From a cyanobacterium endosymbiont of Epithemia turgida isolate EtSB Lake Yunoko (GTDB taxonomy: Bacteria; Cyanobacteriota; Cyanobacteriia; Cyanobacteriales; Microcystaceae): a DNA stretch of 32,000 nt. Each line of letters opens with the position of its first letter. The first letter of the stretch is position 1. The notes beneath the pieces were generated by a model. It saw only the letters and a program-made list of their open reading frames with translations. It did no database searches and was not told where the DNA came from. This document shows positions 9,435 to 18,231 of this stretch, piece after piece. Location of the stretch: the NCBI RefSeq assembly GCF_000829235.1, contig NZ_AP012549.1, forward strand, positions 2,460,001 to 2,492,000, read 5' to 3'. The position numbers and the translations under genes are program-made.

Positions 9435-9478
9435 AAACATAGCTAAGCATTGAGAGCTTAGCTATGTTTCTATTCCCC
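9426..9478. terminator. bidirectional terminator hairpin between convergent genes
   Basis: Perfect 23-bp arms GGGGAATAGAAACATAGCTAAGC (9426-9448) and GCTTAGCTATGTTTCTATTCCCC (9456-9478), with 7-nt loop ATTGAGA. The left arm contains the TAG stop (9432-9434) of the + strand ORF. The M16 gene ends at 9493. Confidence 0.7.
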
Positions 9479-9492
9479 TGGGTCCCAAATGT

Positions 9493-10965
9493 TCAACTTT
9501 TATTTGATTGAGGAATAGTAATATCAATAGTAGTGATGGTTTTCTCTAAAAGAGAAAGAGGAGGTTCAATAGCTTCCCTATTACCAACAACTAAGATGAT
9601 CATCTTTTCAGGAATCAGGTATTTTTGAGCAACCCGTTGAACATCTTTAATAGTAGTAGCCTTAACTCCCTGTTGATAGCTAAAAATAAAATCTTTATGG
9701 TAACCATAATATTCATAAGTTATCAGACGGGATAAGACTTGACTTGGATTTTCAAACTTAAAAACAAAAGAATTAAGAATGGATTCTTTAGCTTTAGAGA
9801 GTTCTTCTTCAGTAATGGGTGTTGTCCTTATCCGTTCAATTTCTTGCATAAAAGAGCCTATAAAAGGAACTGTGGTTTCAGAACGAGTCTGTCCTCCGCC
9901 ATAAAACATCCCTGAATAGTCATAGGCACTATTCCAATAGCCATAGACTGAGTAGGCAAGTCCTTGACGTGATCGCAATTCATTGAATAACCTTCCTCCA
10001 AATCCGTTAACCACACCATTTAAGACACTCAATGCTGGATAATCAGGACTATCAAATTGTCCGCCTAAATGTCCTATTAGGACACTACTTTGAGTCAATT
10101 GAGGTTGATCGACCAAAAAGAGTCCTTGAGTATATTTCTGTCTAGCAGACGGGATTGTAATGTTTGGTTTAGGAGTGAACGGTTTCCAATCTCCAAAGGT
10201 TTCATCAATTAAAGTTTTCATAGCTTTGAGATCAAAATCTCCCACAACTCCCAAAATCATCCCATCGGGGCGCACATAGTTTTGATAAAAAGTGATGATA
10301 TCCTCACGGGAGATATTATCAATGGTGCTGTACTCCTCTGTTCGTGCGTAAGGACTGGTATCACCATAGACTAACTTACGAAATTCTCTACTAGCAATAT
10401 CTTTGGGATTATCATTGCGCCGTGCAATTGCTCCTTTATATTGGGTTTTGACTAATGTTAGTTGTTCTGGAGTGAATGCTGGCTCACAAATCACCTCTTT
10501 AAATAAGTTAAAGACAGTTTCAATGTCTTCAGTCAGGGCATTAAAACTTGCTTTCCCTGATGCAGTACTAATACTGGTTTCTACGTGGGCTGCCCGTTTT
10601 TCAAGAAGTTCGTTTAATTCTTCGGGGGAATGGTCTTTGGTTCCTCCTGTTCGCATCAGTATTCCAGTTATTTCTGCTAATCCTACTTTATCTGATGGTT
10701 CCAGTCGTGATCCAGTACGAATAATAGCGGTGCCATTTATCAATGGCAATTTATGATCCTCCATTAAATAGACCACCATTCCATTATCAAGTTCATAGCG
10801 TTCGTAGTCAGGAATAGTAATTTCAGGGAGAGGAGGAAATTCCAGTTCAGCATAGTGCTTTGGAATTTGGGCAATCGCAGGAACCCGGAGGATCAATACA
10901 GAGAACATGGTAATACAAATCAGGCTAAGCCAGTGAAGACGTTTCAATGGTTTTTTCTGGGTCAT
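9493..10965 (-). CDS. M16 (insulinase/pitrilysin) family peptidase homolog, predicted non-catalytic, with signal peptide
   Basis: 490 aa. N-terminal signal-like LHWLSLICITMFSVLILRVPAIAQ and two-domain M16 architecture. The position that carries HxxEH in active members reads GLAEITGILMRTGGT, so there are no zinc ligands. Confidence 0.8.
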   Translation of the reverse strand: MTQKKPLKRLHWLSLICITMFSVLILRVPAIAQIPKHYAELEFPPLPEITIPDYERYELDNGMVVYLMEDHKLPLINGTAIIRTGSRLEPSDKVGLAEITGILMRTGGTKDHSPEELNELLEKRAAHVETSISTASGKASFNALTEDIETVFNLFKEVICEPAFTPEQLTLVKTQYKGAIARRNDNPKDIASREFRKLVYGDTSPYARTEEYSTIDNISREDIITFYQNYVRPDGMILGVVGDFDLKAMKTLIDETFGDWKPFTPKPNITIPSARQKYTQGLFLVDQPQLTQSSVLIGHLGGQFDSPDYPALSVLNGVVNGFGGRLFNELRSRQGLAYSVYGYWNSAYDYSGMFYGGGQTRSETTVPFIGSFMQEIERIRTTPITEEELSKAKESILNSFVFKFENPSQVLSRLITYEYYGYHKDFIFSYQQGVKATTIKDVQRVAQKYLIPEKMIILVVGNREAIEPPLSLLEKTITTIDITIPQSNKS

Positions 10966-11091
10966 AGATAAATCAAGTGATGTTAATCCTTTTCATTGTG
11001 ATGCATTGAGGCATCAACTCGTTGCAGCAGATGTCCCTATCTTGTTTATCCATGTTTTAGTGAATATGTCAAATATTTTTAATAAAAACTT

Positions 11092-11148
11092 CCCGCAAGT
11101 GAACTAAATACTAATTAAATTAGTATTTAGTTCACTTGCGGGGTTTTT
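11092..11148. terminator. orphan intrinsic-terminator-like hairpin (51-nt perfect palindrome plus T-run)
   Basis: CCCGCAAGTGAACTAAATACTAATTAAATTAGTATTTAGTTCACTTGCGGG (11092-11142) followed by GTTTTT and preceded by AAAAACTT. It is GC-clamped and could terminate in either direction. No intact ORF ends nearby. Confidence 0.6.
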
Positions 11149-11153
11149 GGTAA

Positions 11154-11190
11154 GATTTTGGTTAAATTTTTATGTAATTTAACCAAAATC
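11154..11190. repeat. second hairpin directly after the orphan terminator
   Basis: GATTTTGGTTAAAT (11154-11167) and ATTTAACCAAAATC (11177-11190): 14-bp perfect arms, 9-nt loop. Confidence 0.6.
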
Positions 11191-11837
11191 CTGCTCAAAA
11201 AAATATTCACGATTATTTATATCCAATAATTGTGAATAGAAAAGTAAAAATAGAATTATACAAAATATAAACTATACATATATTTGCCTATTAGAGATTA
11301 TTAGAGTTTAAGTTAATACTGGACTGATAACTTTTTTAGTAGCTAAGACTTTGATTTTAATAATCAGTATATTTTTGAGAGTTTATTGATTTTCTCTTAA
11401 AGCTATTGGAGGTTTTGTGATTATATCTAAAGCTTCGAATTCCAAGGATATCAAAGATATGATAAATATTCTTTTTTTACATAACTTTACTAAAAACTAA
11501 AAGAGTAACGTTATGTTTAGCTATGATCTTTTTAATTAATTTAAAACTATCCATATTTTGAATTTATAAATTAGTGCACACTACTTGTAATTATACTTTA
11601 TACATTAAAATTAAAGCACGAATAGCAGTAATATAATTGACTAAATAGATGAGTTTAAATAAAACTAGTAATTAGCTAAAAATAATAATTTTTAAGCATA
11701 AAAATATAAAAAAATGATTCATTATTAAAAAGTTTTCAAGGTAGAAATTTAATAGCATAAACACTATGTTAAAAAACAAGATAATACAAATTATGTTAAA
11801 TCTTACTAAGAATAATTATGCCTTTAATTTTTTAAAA

Positions 11838-11895
11838 AAATTTTTTATCTATTTTGAAATAATGCGATAATTATTTCAAAATAGATAAAAAATTT
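11838..11895. repeat. inverted repeat with 26-bp perfect arms
   Basis: AAATTTTTTATCTATTTTGAAATAAT (11838-11863), loop GCGATA, ATTATTTCAAAATAGATAAAAAATTT (11870-11895). Located in a gene-free tract. Confidence 0.75.
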
Positions 11896-12723
11896 AATCG
11901 ACTTTCGAAAAAACATAGATTCAACAAAAGCTAGAGATATAGAGAAAGTATTTTCAGCTTATTTATAGTTTAAGTAGTTATTTTCTTAGACCTTAGCAAA
12001 CAATAGAAAGTATACAAGTATTTCTTCATAGACTAGAAAAGTACTCTTTAATTGAAGCAGAACAACTTAATGTTACAGAACAGTTACTAGAACAAGATAA
12101 CGCTACTTTTATATAAAAACTAAGTACTTGCTTACATAGACAAAATAGATATTGAAGTTCATATCCTTGCCGTATATTACTTTATCCCAAAACTAAACCC
12201 AACCTCAAAAAATACTTCATGCCCTAGAACCTTGCACAGATAGAATTCAATTTTTTAGATCTAATTTTGATTAATTAAATTAGCCATAACTCATCACTTT
12301 CTCAGACAAACTAAAAGAGAACTAGCTCATGAAAAACTTTCTAATAATCTAAAAAGAAATATCACCTTAATCGGAGCGCTCACCACATCAAGCTTGTTGC
12401 TCTCTTATCCTCTTGGCAAATAGATAAATAAAGGAGGTTTTTTTGCTGATAAAACAGAAGTAAATGCCACACAAATCTATGGATATAAGCTTGTATGATC
12501 ATGGAGAGTTTACCGACTTATAAAGCAACAGACGTTGAAAAATTAATAGAATATAAGGAGGAAAAGTCCTATTCTTATCTCTTTGTAATCGCTCTTTTTT
12601 TACTACTTTAATATTTAAATCTTATTCTAACAATATTTATATTAGTGACAGTAACCTGGTATAATTTTTTTGTACTACTTTAAACCTATTTTCGCTATTC
12701 TGTCAAACTATCAGAACAGGAAG

Positions 12724-13347
12724 TCAATTTTTTTTTAAAACAACAGATAAGTTATTTACTGGCATATTAACTATTTTCATAAACTTTAATCCTTGCTGTT
12801 GAGAAATTTTAATAACATCTTCAAGATTACGAACTCCCCAAGCTTTATTTTGAAGGGAAAGAGACTCATCAAATAACTGATTACTAGGAGCAGTGTGTTT
12901 ACCTCCTTGTTTATAGGGTCCATAGAGATAAAGAATACCTCCTGAAGGCAATAAATTTCCTGCTCCTTCGATTAACCCTAAACAAGCTTTCCAAGGGCTA
13001 ATATGAATCATATTAATATTGACAATTGCTATGATTTTTAGATTTTTTAATCCTTCAGTCCAAGTAGAATTTAGTACATCTATATTTAGAGAAGACTGAC
13101 AATTAGGAGAGTAACAAAACTTTTGCCATGCATCAATACTTTTCCGTCGCATCGCATCAGGTTCAGAGGGTATCCATTGATAATTTTGGAGTTTTGAAGC
13201 AAAATAAACGGCGTGTTCTCCTGTGCCACTAGCAATTTCTAAAATATTACCTACGGGAGGTAAAACACTTACTAGAGTCTCCAAAATAGAATCACGGTTT
13301 CGTTGTGTTGCGGGAGCATACTGTCTTAAATCATTTTCACAAGTCAT
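12724..13347 (-). CDS. DUF938-family class I SAM-dependent methyltransferase
   Basis: 207 aa. YAPATQRNRDSILETL...GNILEIASGTGEHAVYFA...WIPSEPD matches the DUF938 pattern with a SAM-binding E-x-G-x-G-x-G-like motif. Confidence 0.75.
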   Translation of the reverse strand: MTCENDLRQYAPATQRNRDSILETLVSVLPPVGNILEIASGTGEHAVYFASKLQNYQWIPSEPDAMRRKSIDAWQKFCYSPNCQSSLNIDVLNSTWTEGLKNLKIIAIVNINMIHISPWKACLGLIEGAGNLLPSGGILYLYGPYKQGGKHTAPSNQLFDESLSLQNKAWGVRNLEDVIKISQQQGLKFMKIVNMPVNNLSVVLKKN

Positions 13348-13450
13348 AATAATCCGCTTGAACTTAATAGACGTTTAATATCTAATAATAAAGAATAGCA
13401 TTAAGATAGCTATAAACAGAACACTGATTAAATGAGAGAAAAAAAATAAA

Positions 13451-13900
13451 ATGAGTCAGCAAACAACAGCACTGATGCTCGGTGGAGTCTTACCAGCATT
13501 AATGTTTGGGTTTTCTAATATTTTTATTAAAGTTAGTAACTCTAGTGGAATTTCAACAAGTGCCTATGTGACCATTGTCGGAGTAGCAGTCACCTTAGTA
13601 GGAATCATTAGTGGCTTTACCGCAGAACAAAACTTTATGGTTAACTCTAAATCAATTTTTTTTGCCTTATGTGTTGGAGTAACATGGGCATTGGGACAAT
13701 TAATGATTGCCTTAGCTCTTCAAAAATTCCCAATTCCTCTCTCAGTTATATCTCCTATTTTTAATTCTAATACTTTAGTTACTGTCCTTATTGCTTTAAT
13801 TATTTTTAATGAGTGGACTCAAGTATCTATGGGATGGTTATGTACAGGAGCTTTTTTAACCACTATTGGGAGTATTGTAGTTGCCCGTTCACTTGTTTAG
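13451..13900 (+). CDS. small integral membrane protein, single EamA/DMT-like domain
   Basis: 149 aa with about 5 TM segments. SVISPIFNSNTLVTVLIALIIFNE resembles the end of an EamA domain. Function unknown. Confidence 0.5.
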   Translation: MSQQTTALMLGGVLPALMFGFSNIFIKVSNSSGISTSAYVTIVGVAVTLVGIISGFTAEQNFMVNSKSIFFALCVGVTWALGQLMIALALQKFPIPLSVISPIFNSNTLVTVLIALIIFNEWTQVSMGWLCTGAFLTTIGSIVVARSLV

Positions 13901-14015
13901 TATAATCAAAAAAATGAGAGTATACTATATAAGTTATACTAATTTTATCGTTATTAACTGATTTAACTTGTTAGATAGTTAAGCTATATAGATAAAAGTT
14001 TCTATACAAGTAACA

Positions 14016-14043
14016 AAAAAAGTCAGCATTTACTGACTTTTTT
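14016..14043. terminator. bidirectional A/T-flanked terminator hairpin
   Basis: AAAAAAGTCAG-CATTTA-CTGACTTTTTT, about 115 nt downstream of the 13451-13900 ORF. Confidence 0.5.
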
Positions 14044-14978
14044 ATGGAATAAGGGTTTTATTTTTTATTAGTACATTAGTTAAGTACTGAAAATTTTGTT
14101 TTGAAGTTATTGATCAATAACTTATTATACTTAGTATATAAAAACTATATTTTTTGTGTGAAAATTTTTAAAAATTTCTATTTTATTTAATCGATATATC
14201 TTTAAAAGAAGTGAAGTTTGATATATCAAGTTTAATTCTCTTCACTACTCTGTGCTTCACTCTTATTTCTAAGCAATGTTCTTTACCTGTAATTTTTGAT
14301 ATCAATTATAGATAATTATTTATACTTATTTTTTATTTAGTTTGTTTCTTTTGGCTATATTTTATATATTATTATTTTAAGCTTTCTTAAATATTTTTAT
14401 TTTTGATATTTACATGGTAATTTCGGTATAATTATAGTATACATATTTTTATCCTCATAACTGGATTCAAATATGTTTAATTATATATGCTATCTATAAT
14501 AGAATATATTACTCTAATTATTTACTTTTACTTTATATATTTAAATGTAATTTAAAATAGAGAAATATAAATATATTGTCTATTGTTGGGCACATATTTT
14601 TGTCCTAAATACATTAGACAGTACTGACAGATTTAATTTATATAGAACTAAGTTTTTTAAAATATAGAATACACTCATTATCAGAGTGAGTCTTAAAAGT
14701 TATTAACCGCTAGTTAATCATTTTCAGTATAGAAGGGCAAAAGTCTTTAGATATTTTTACTTAGTTAAATTCATAAAAGAATTACCCCTCATTGTAAATT
14801 TAAAATCTAGTTTTTCTAGAATAGACAAGAAAACAGATAGTCAAGTTTTATGTTCTATTGAATGACGGGTATTAACCGTAATGTTCACTAAATTAGGTTA
14901 AAATCAATAGAATAGCATTATCTTATATCTTTGTATGTTCCCAACCGTCAATAGAAATTAAACCGATAAAAACGAACA

Positions 14979-15974
14979 ATGGCAAAAACTGAACGCCGAA
15001 CCTTTCTTTTGGACTTTGAAAAACCCTTATCAGAATTAGAAGCCCGTATTAGCCAAATTTGGGAGCTTGCCGAAGAGAATAATGTTGATGTATCTGAACA
15101 AATTGCTCAACTTGAACGACGGGCTAATCAGCTATGCAAAGAAATTTTTAGTACCCTTACTCCATCCCAACGGCTGCAATTAGCCCGTCATCCCCGTCGC
15201 CCTAGTACCCTTGACTATATTCAAGCAATTACTGATGAATGGTTTGAATTACATGGTGATCGTGGTGGGTGCGATGATCCTGCTTTAGTAGGAGGAGTAG
15301 CGCGTTTAGGAGGTCGTCCTGTCACTATTTTAGGAGAACAAAAAGGACGAGACACTAAGGATAATGTCGCCCGTAACTTCGGAATGGCTTCTCCTGGAGG
15401 TTATCGTAAAGCCATGCGTTTGATGGAACGTGCCAATCGATTTAATCAGCCAATTTTAACTTTTATTGATACTCCTGGAGCTTGGGCGGGGGTAGAGGCT
15501 GAAAAATTAGGGCAAGGAGAAGCAATAGCCTATAATTTACGGGAAATGTTTTGCTTAAATGTCCCCATTATTTCTACTGTTATTGGAGAAGGAGGATCAG
15601 GTGGGGCATTAGGTATTGGGGTAGGTGATCGCTTATTAATGCTTGAACATGCTGTCTATATGGTAGCTACGCCAGAAGCTTGTGCCGCCATTCTCTGGAA
15701 GGATGCCAAAAAATCTCCCCAGGCAGCCACAGCCTTAAAAATCACGGCCTCAAATCTTAAAGAATTAGGTATTGTAGATTGCATTGTTCCTGAACCTTCT
15801 GGGGCAGCTCACACGAAACCCCTAGAAGCTTCATCTATACTAAAACAAACCCTTCTCGATACCCTCGATGAACTCTGTTCTATGACAGCTGAGGAACTAC
15901 GAAAATTACGCTATCAAAAATATCGACAGATCGGTAAATTTGTTGAGAATGAAGAGACAATTACCAACGAATAA
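14979..15974 (+). CDS. accA: acetyl-CoA carboxylase carboxyltransferase subunit alpha
   Basis: 331 aa. [26 protein letters not shown] and [23 protein letters not shown] are diagnostic of AccA. Confidence 0.95.
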   Translation: MAKTERRTFLLDFEKPLSELEARISQIWELAEENNVDVSEQIAQLERRANQLCKEIFSTLTPSQRLQLARHPRRPSTLDYIQAITDEWFELHGDRGGCDDPALVGGVARLGGRPVTILGEQKGRDTKDNVARNFGMASPGGYRKAMRLMERANRFNQPILTFIDTPGAWAGVEAEKLGQGEAIAYNLREMFCLNVPIISTVIGEGGSGGALGIGVGDRLLMLEHAVYMVATPEACAAILWKDAKKSPQAATALKITASNLKELGIVDCIVPEPSGAAHTKPLEASSILKQTLLDTLDELCSMTAEELRKLRYQKYRQIGKFVENEETITNE

Positions 15975-16300
15975 TGTCTTTTTTTTTCGAGGAATAAGTA
16001 ATTATCTATAACCTGAAATTTACTGCCTGAAATTTAGGGCTCTATATTTCTAGAATGTTATAATTACATCAGATGACGATCCGTAAAAATATCTAAAGCA
16101 AGCAAGACGGTGAGCTTATTTTCATTTGGGTACCACTGTCCCTTATCTAGGGTCTCATCTCCTAGGCAACTGAGGAATTCCTGACAAATCAATTTCCATT
16201 ATTTCCTGAAACTATCTAAGTTGCCTAGGAGGACTAGCTTAGTGTAATGATAAAAACTTTCAGCGAGGATGCAGTGTAGATACTGAAGCAGAAGCGTATC

Positions 16301-17041
16301 ATGAGTTTTTCTTCAAGTCATTCTTCAAGTCAACTTCGAGCTATTATTACGGGAGCCAGCAGTGGTATTGGAGAAGCTACCACCCTGACTTTTGCTAAGG
16401 CTGGGATAAATCTCGCCTTAATCAGCCGTCCTTCAGATAAATTAAAAGCAGTTGCTAAAGCAGCCCAAGAGGTAGGGGTCTTAGCTCAAGCCTACGGGAT
16501 CGATTTGTGCCAACTAGCCGAGATACCAGGAAAAGTACGACAAATTGCCGATAGTTTTGGAGGGATTGACATTATTGTTAATAATGCGGGAATGGGTTAT
16601 ACCAATCGCCTAGCAGATACCTCTCTGTCAGACTGGCAAAAGGTGATGGATCTAAACTTGACCAGTGTGTTTCAATGTGTTCGGGGAATTTTGCCCCAGA
16701 TGCGTAAGCAAGGTCATGGAACGATTATTAATGTATCTTCGATCGCTGCTTCTAATACATTTACTAAATGGGGAGCCTATAGCGTCAGTAAAGCTGGCTT
16801 AGCTACTTTTTCTAGAATTTTAGCAGCTGAAGAACAGGTTAATGGTATTCGTATCATCACCATTAACCCTGGAGCAGTTCATACTCCCATCTGGGATACA
16901 GACACTGTTCAAGTGGATTTTAATCGTTCTGCTATGCTCGACCCCTATACCGTCGCTCAAACTATTCTTCAGGCGGCACTCTTGCCAGCAGAAGCTGTAA
17001 TTGAAGAAATAACCATTGTACCTAGTGCTGGAACTCTGTAA
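16301..17041 (+). CDS. SDR-family short-chain dehydrogenase/reductase
   Basis: 246 aa. Cofactor motif TGASSGIGEAT, NNAG, and catalytic S...YSVSK. Substrate unknown. Confidence 0.88.
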   Translation: MSFSSSHSSSQLRAIITGASSGIGEATTLTFAKAGINLALISRPSDKLKAVAKAAQEVGVLAQAYGIDLCQLAEIPGKVRQIADSFGGIDIIVNNAGMGYTNRLADTSLSDWQKVMDLNLTSVFQCVRGILPQMRKQGHGTIINVSSIAASNTFTKWGAYSVSKAGLATFSRILAAEEQVNGIRIITINPGAVHTPIWDTDTVQVDFNRSAMLDPYTVAQTILQAALLPAEAVIEEITIVPSAGTL

Positions 17042-17068
17042 GCCCAGATAAGTGTTTTTAATTTAATC

Positions 17069-17788
17069 ATGACAATAGCGTCTTCTAAAGGATTCAATCC
17101 CCTTGATTCTAATGGCTTCAACAATCTCAGCCCCAGTCTGGTCGAATGTGTTTCCAGTCAACCAGACCATAATGCTCACGATGGAGAACAAGTACATTTT
17201 CGTCCAGCTGAGAAACCTAACAAAGAAAAAATAATGGCGGCTGTCCGAACTATCTTAGAAGCCTTAGGAGAAGATCCTGATCGAGAGGGATTATTGAAAA
17301 CTCCTAAACGAGTTGCAGAAGCCATGGCGTTTCTAACTGATGGGTATAATCAATCTCTAAAATCCTTAGTCAATGATGCCATTTTTGACGAAGGGCACAG
17401 TGAGATGGTTTTAGTGCGAGATATCCATTTTTCTAGTCTCTGTGAACATCATATGCTCCCGTTTATAGGAAAAGCCCACGTTGCATATATTCCTAATCAG
17501 AAAGTAGTCGGACTCAGTAAACTGGCGAGGATTGTAGAAATGTATTCCCGTCGTTTACAAGTACAAGAACGCTTAACTCATCAAATTGCGGAAGCAATCC
17601 AAGAAATTTTATATCCTCAAGGAGTAGCAGTCGTAATGGAAGCAACTCATATGTGTATGGTGATGAGAGGGGTGCAAAAACTAGGTTCTTCGACTGTTAC
17701 TAGTACGATGTTAGGAGTCTTCCAAGAAGAACAAAAAACCCGTGAAGAGTTCCTAAATTTTATTCGTCGTCAACCTAGCTTTTTTTAG
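17069..17788 (+). CDS. folE: GTP cyclohydrolase I (FolE type)
   Basis: 239 aa. [34 protein letters not shown] and RLQVQERLT motifs. Confidence 0.95.
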   Translation: MTIASSKGFNPLDSNGFNNLSPSLVECVSSQPDHNAHDGEQVHFRPAEKPNKEKIMAAVRTILEALGEDPDREGLLKTPKRVAEAMAFLTDGYNQSLKSLVNDAIFDEGHSEMVLVRDIHFSSLCEHHMLPFIGKAHVAYIPNQKVVGLSKLARIVEMYSRRLQVQERLTHQIAEAIQEILYPQGVAVVMEATHMCMVMRGVQKLGSSTVTSTMLGVFQEEQKTREEFLNFIRRQPSFF

Positions 17789-17813
17789 CTTAATCTAACA
17801 GGATTAGCTTTTA

Positions 17814-17850
17814 CACAAGAACCTCTTAATTAAATTAATAGGTTCTTGTG
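17814..17850. terminator. candidate terminator hairpin between convergent folE and a small ORF
   Basis: CACAAGAACCT (17814-17824) and AGGTTCTTGTG (17840-17850): 11-bp arms, 15-nt loop, 26 nt after the folE stop. The U-tract is weak. Confidence 0.4.
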
Positions 17851-17890
17851 TCACTTTCTTAGTTCATCACTAAATCGAAGTTAGAGAATC

Positions 17891-18133
17891 TTATCTATTT
17901 TTGTTTTCTGATTTCATCATAAACTTATTTTCTTTGTAAGCTTTAGCAGAAGCTCTCATCCAAATTGTTACTGCCAAAGTGAATGGGAAAAACATTACTC
18001 CAAAACCAATCAATAGAGGATGCTCTCTAGCAAACAGAACACTTCTTAAAACTACAATAATTCCAACGCAGTAAAGTAAGCCTAATATGGGAAGTCCTAA
18101 CACTAATAACGCGAACCGATTATCCTTATCCAT
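17891..18133 (-). CDS. hypothetical small membrane protein (2 TM)
   Basis: 80-aa ORF with two clear hydrophobic helices and a Lys-rich tail, lying downstream of and in the same orientation as rdgB. No recognisable family. Confidence 0.4.
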   Translation of the reverse strand: MDKDNRFALLVLGLPILGLLYCVGIIVVLRSVLFAREHPLLIGFGVMFFPFTLAVTIWMRASAKAYKENKFMMKSENKNR

Positions 18134-18231
18134 GCTAACAGCTATCTTAAAAAAACTAAACGATAAATAAAATAATCATTATGATGATTTTCAACATTTT
18201 ATTTTTCTCTCTACAGTCATCTTAGTATAGT

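Noticed and set aside
9244-10756. ORFs 9244-9450 (-) and 10403-10756 (+) overlapping the pilin-like ORF and the M16 peptidase
   Set aside because: These are shadow ORFs on the opposite strand of better-supported genes, with no recognisable domains.
7586-14978. Possible CRISPR array or other regularly spaced repeats in the AT-rich tracts
   Set aside because: I found no direct repeat of 24-40 nt recurring at regular spacing. The repeats are isolated inverted repeats or two-copy slippage duplications, and no cas genes are present.
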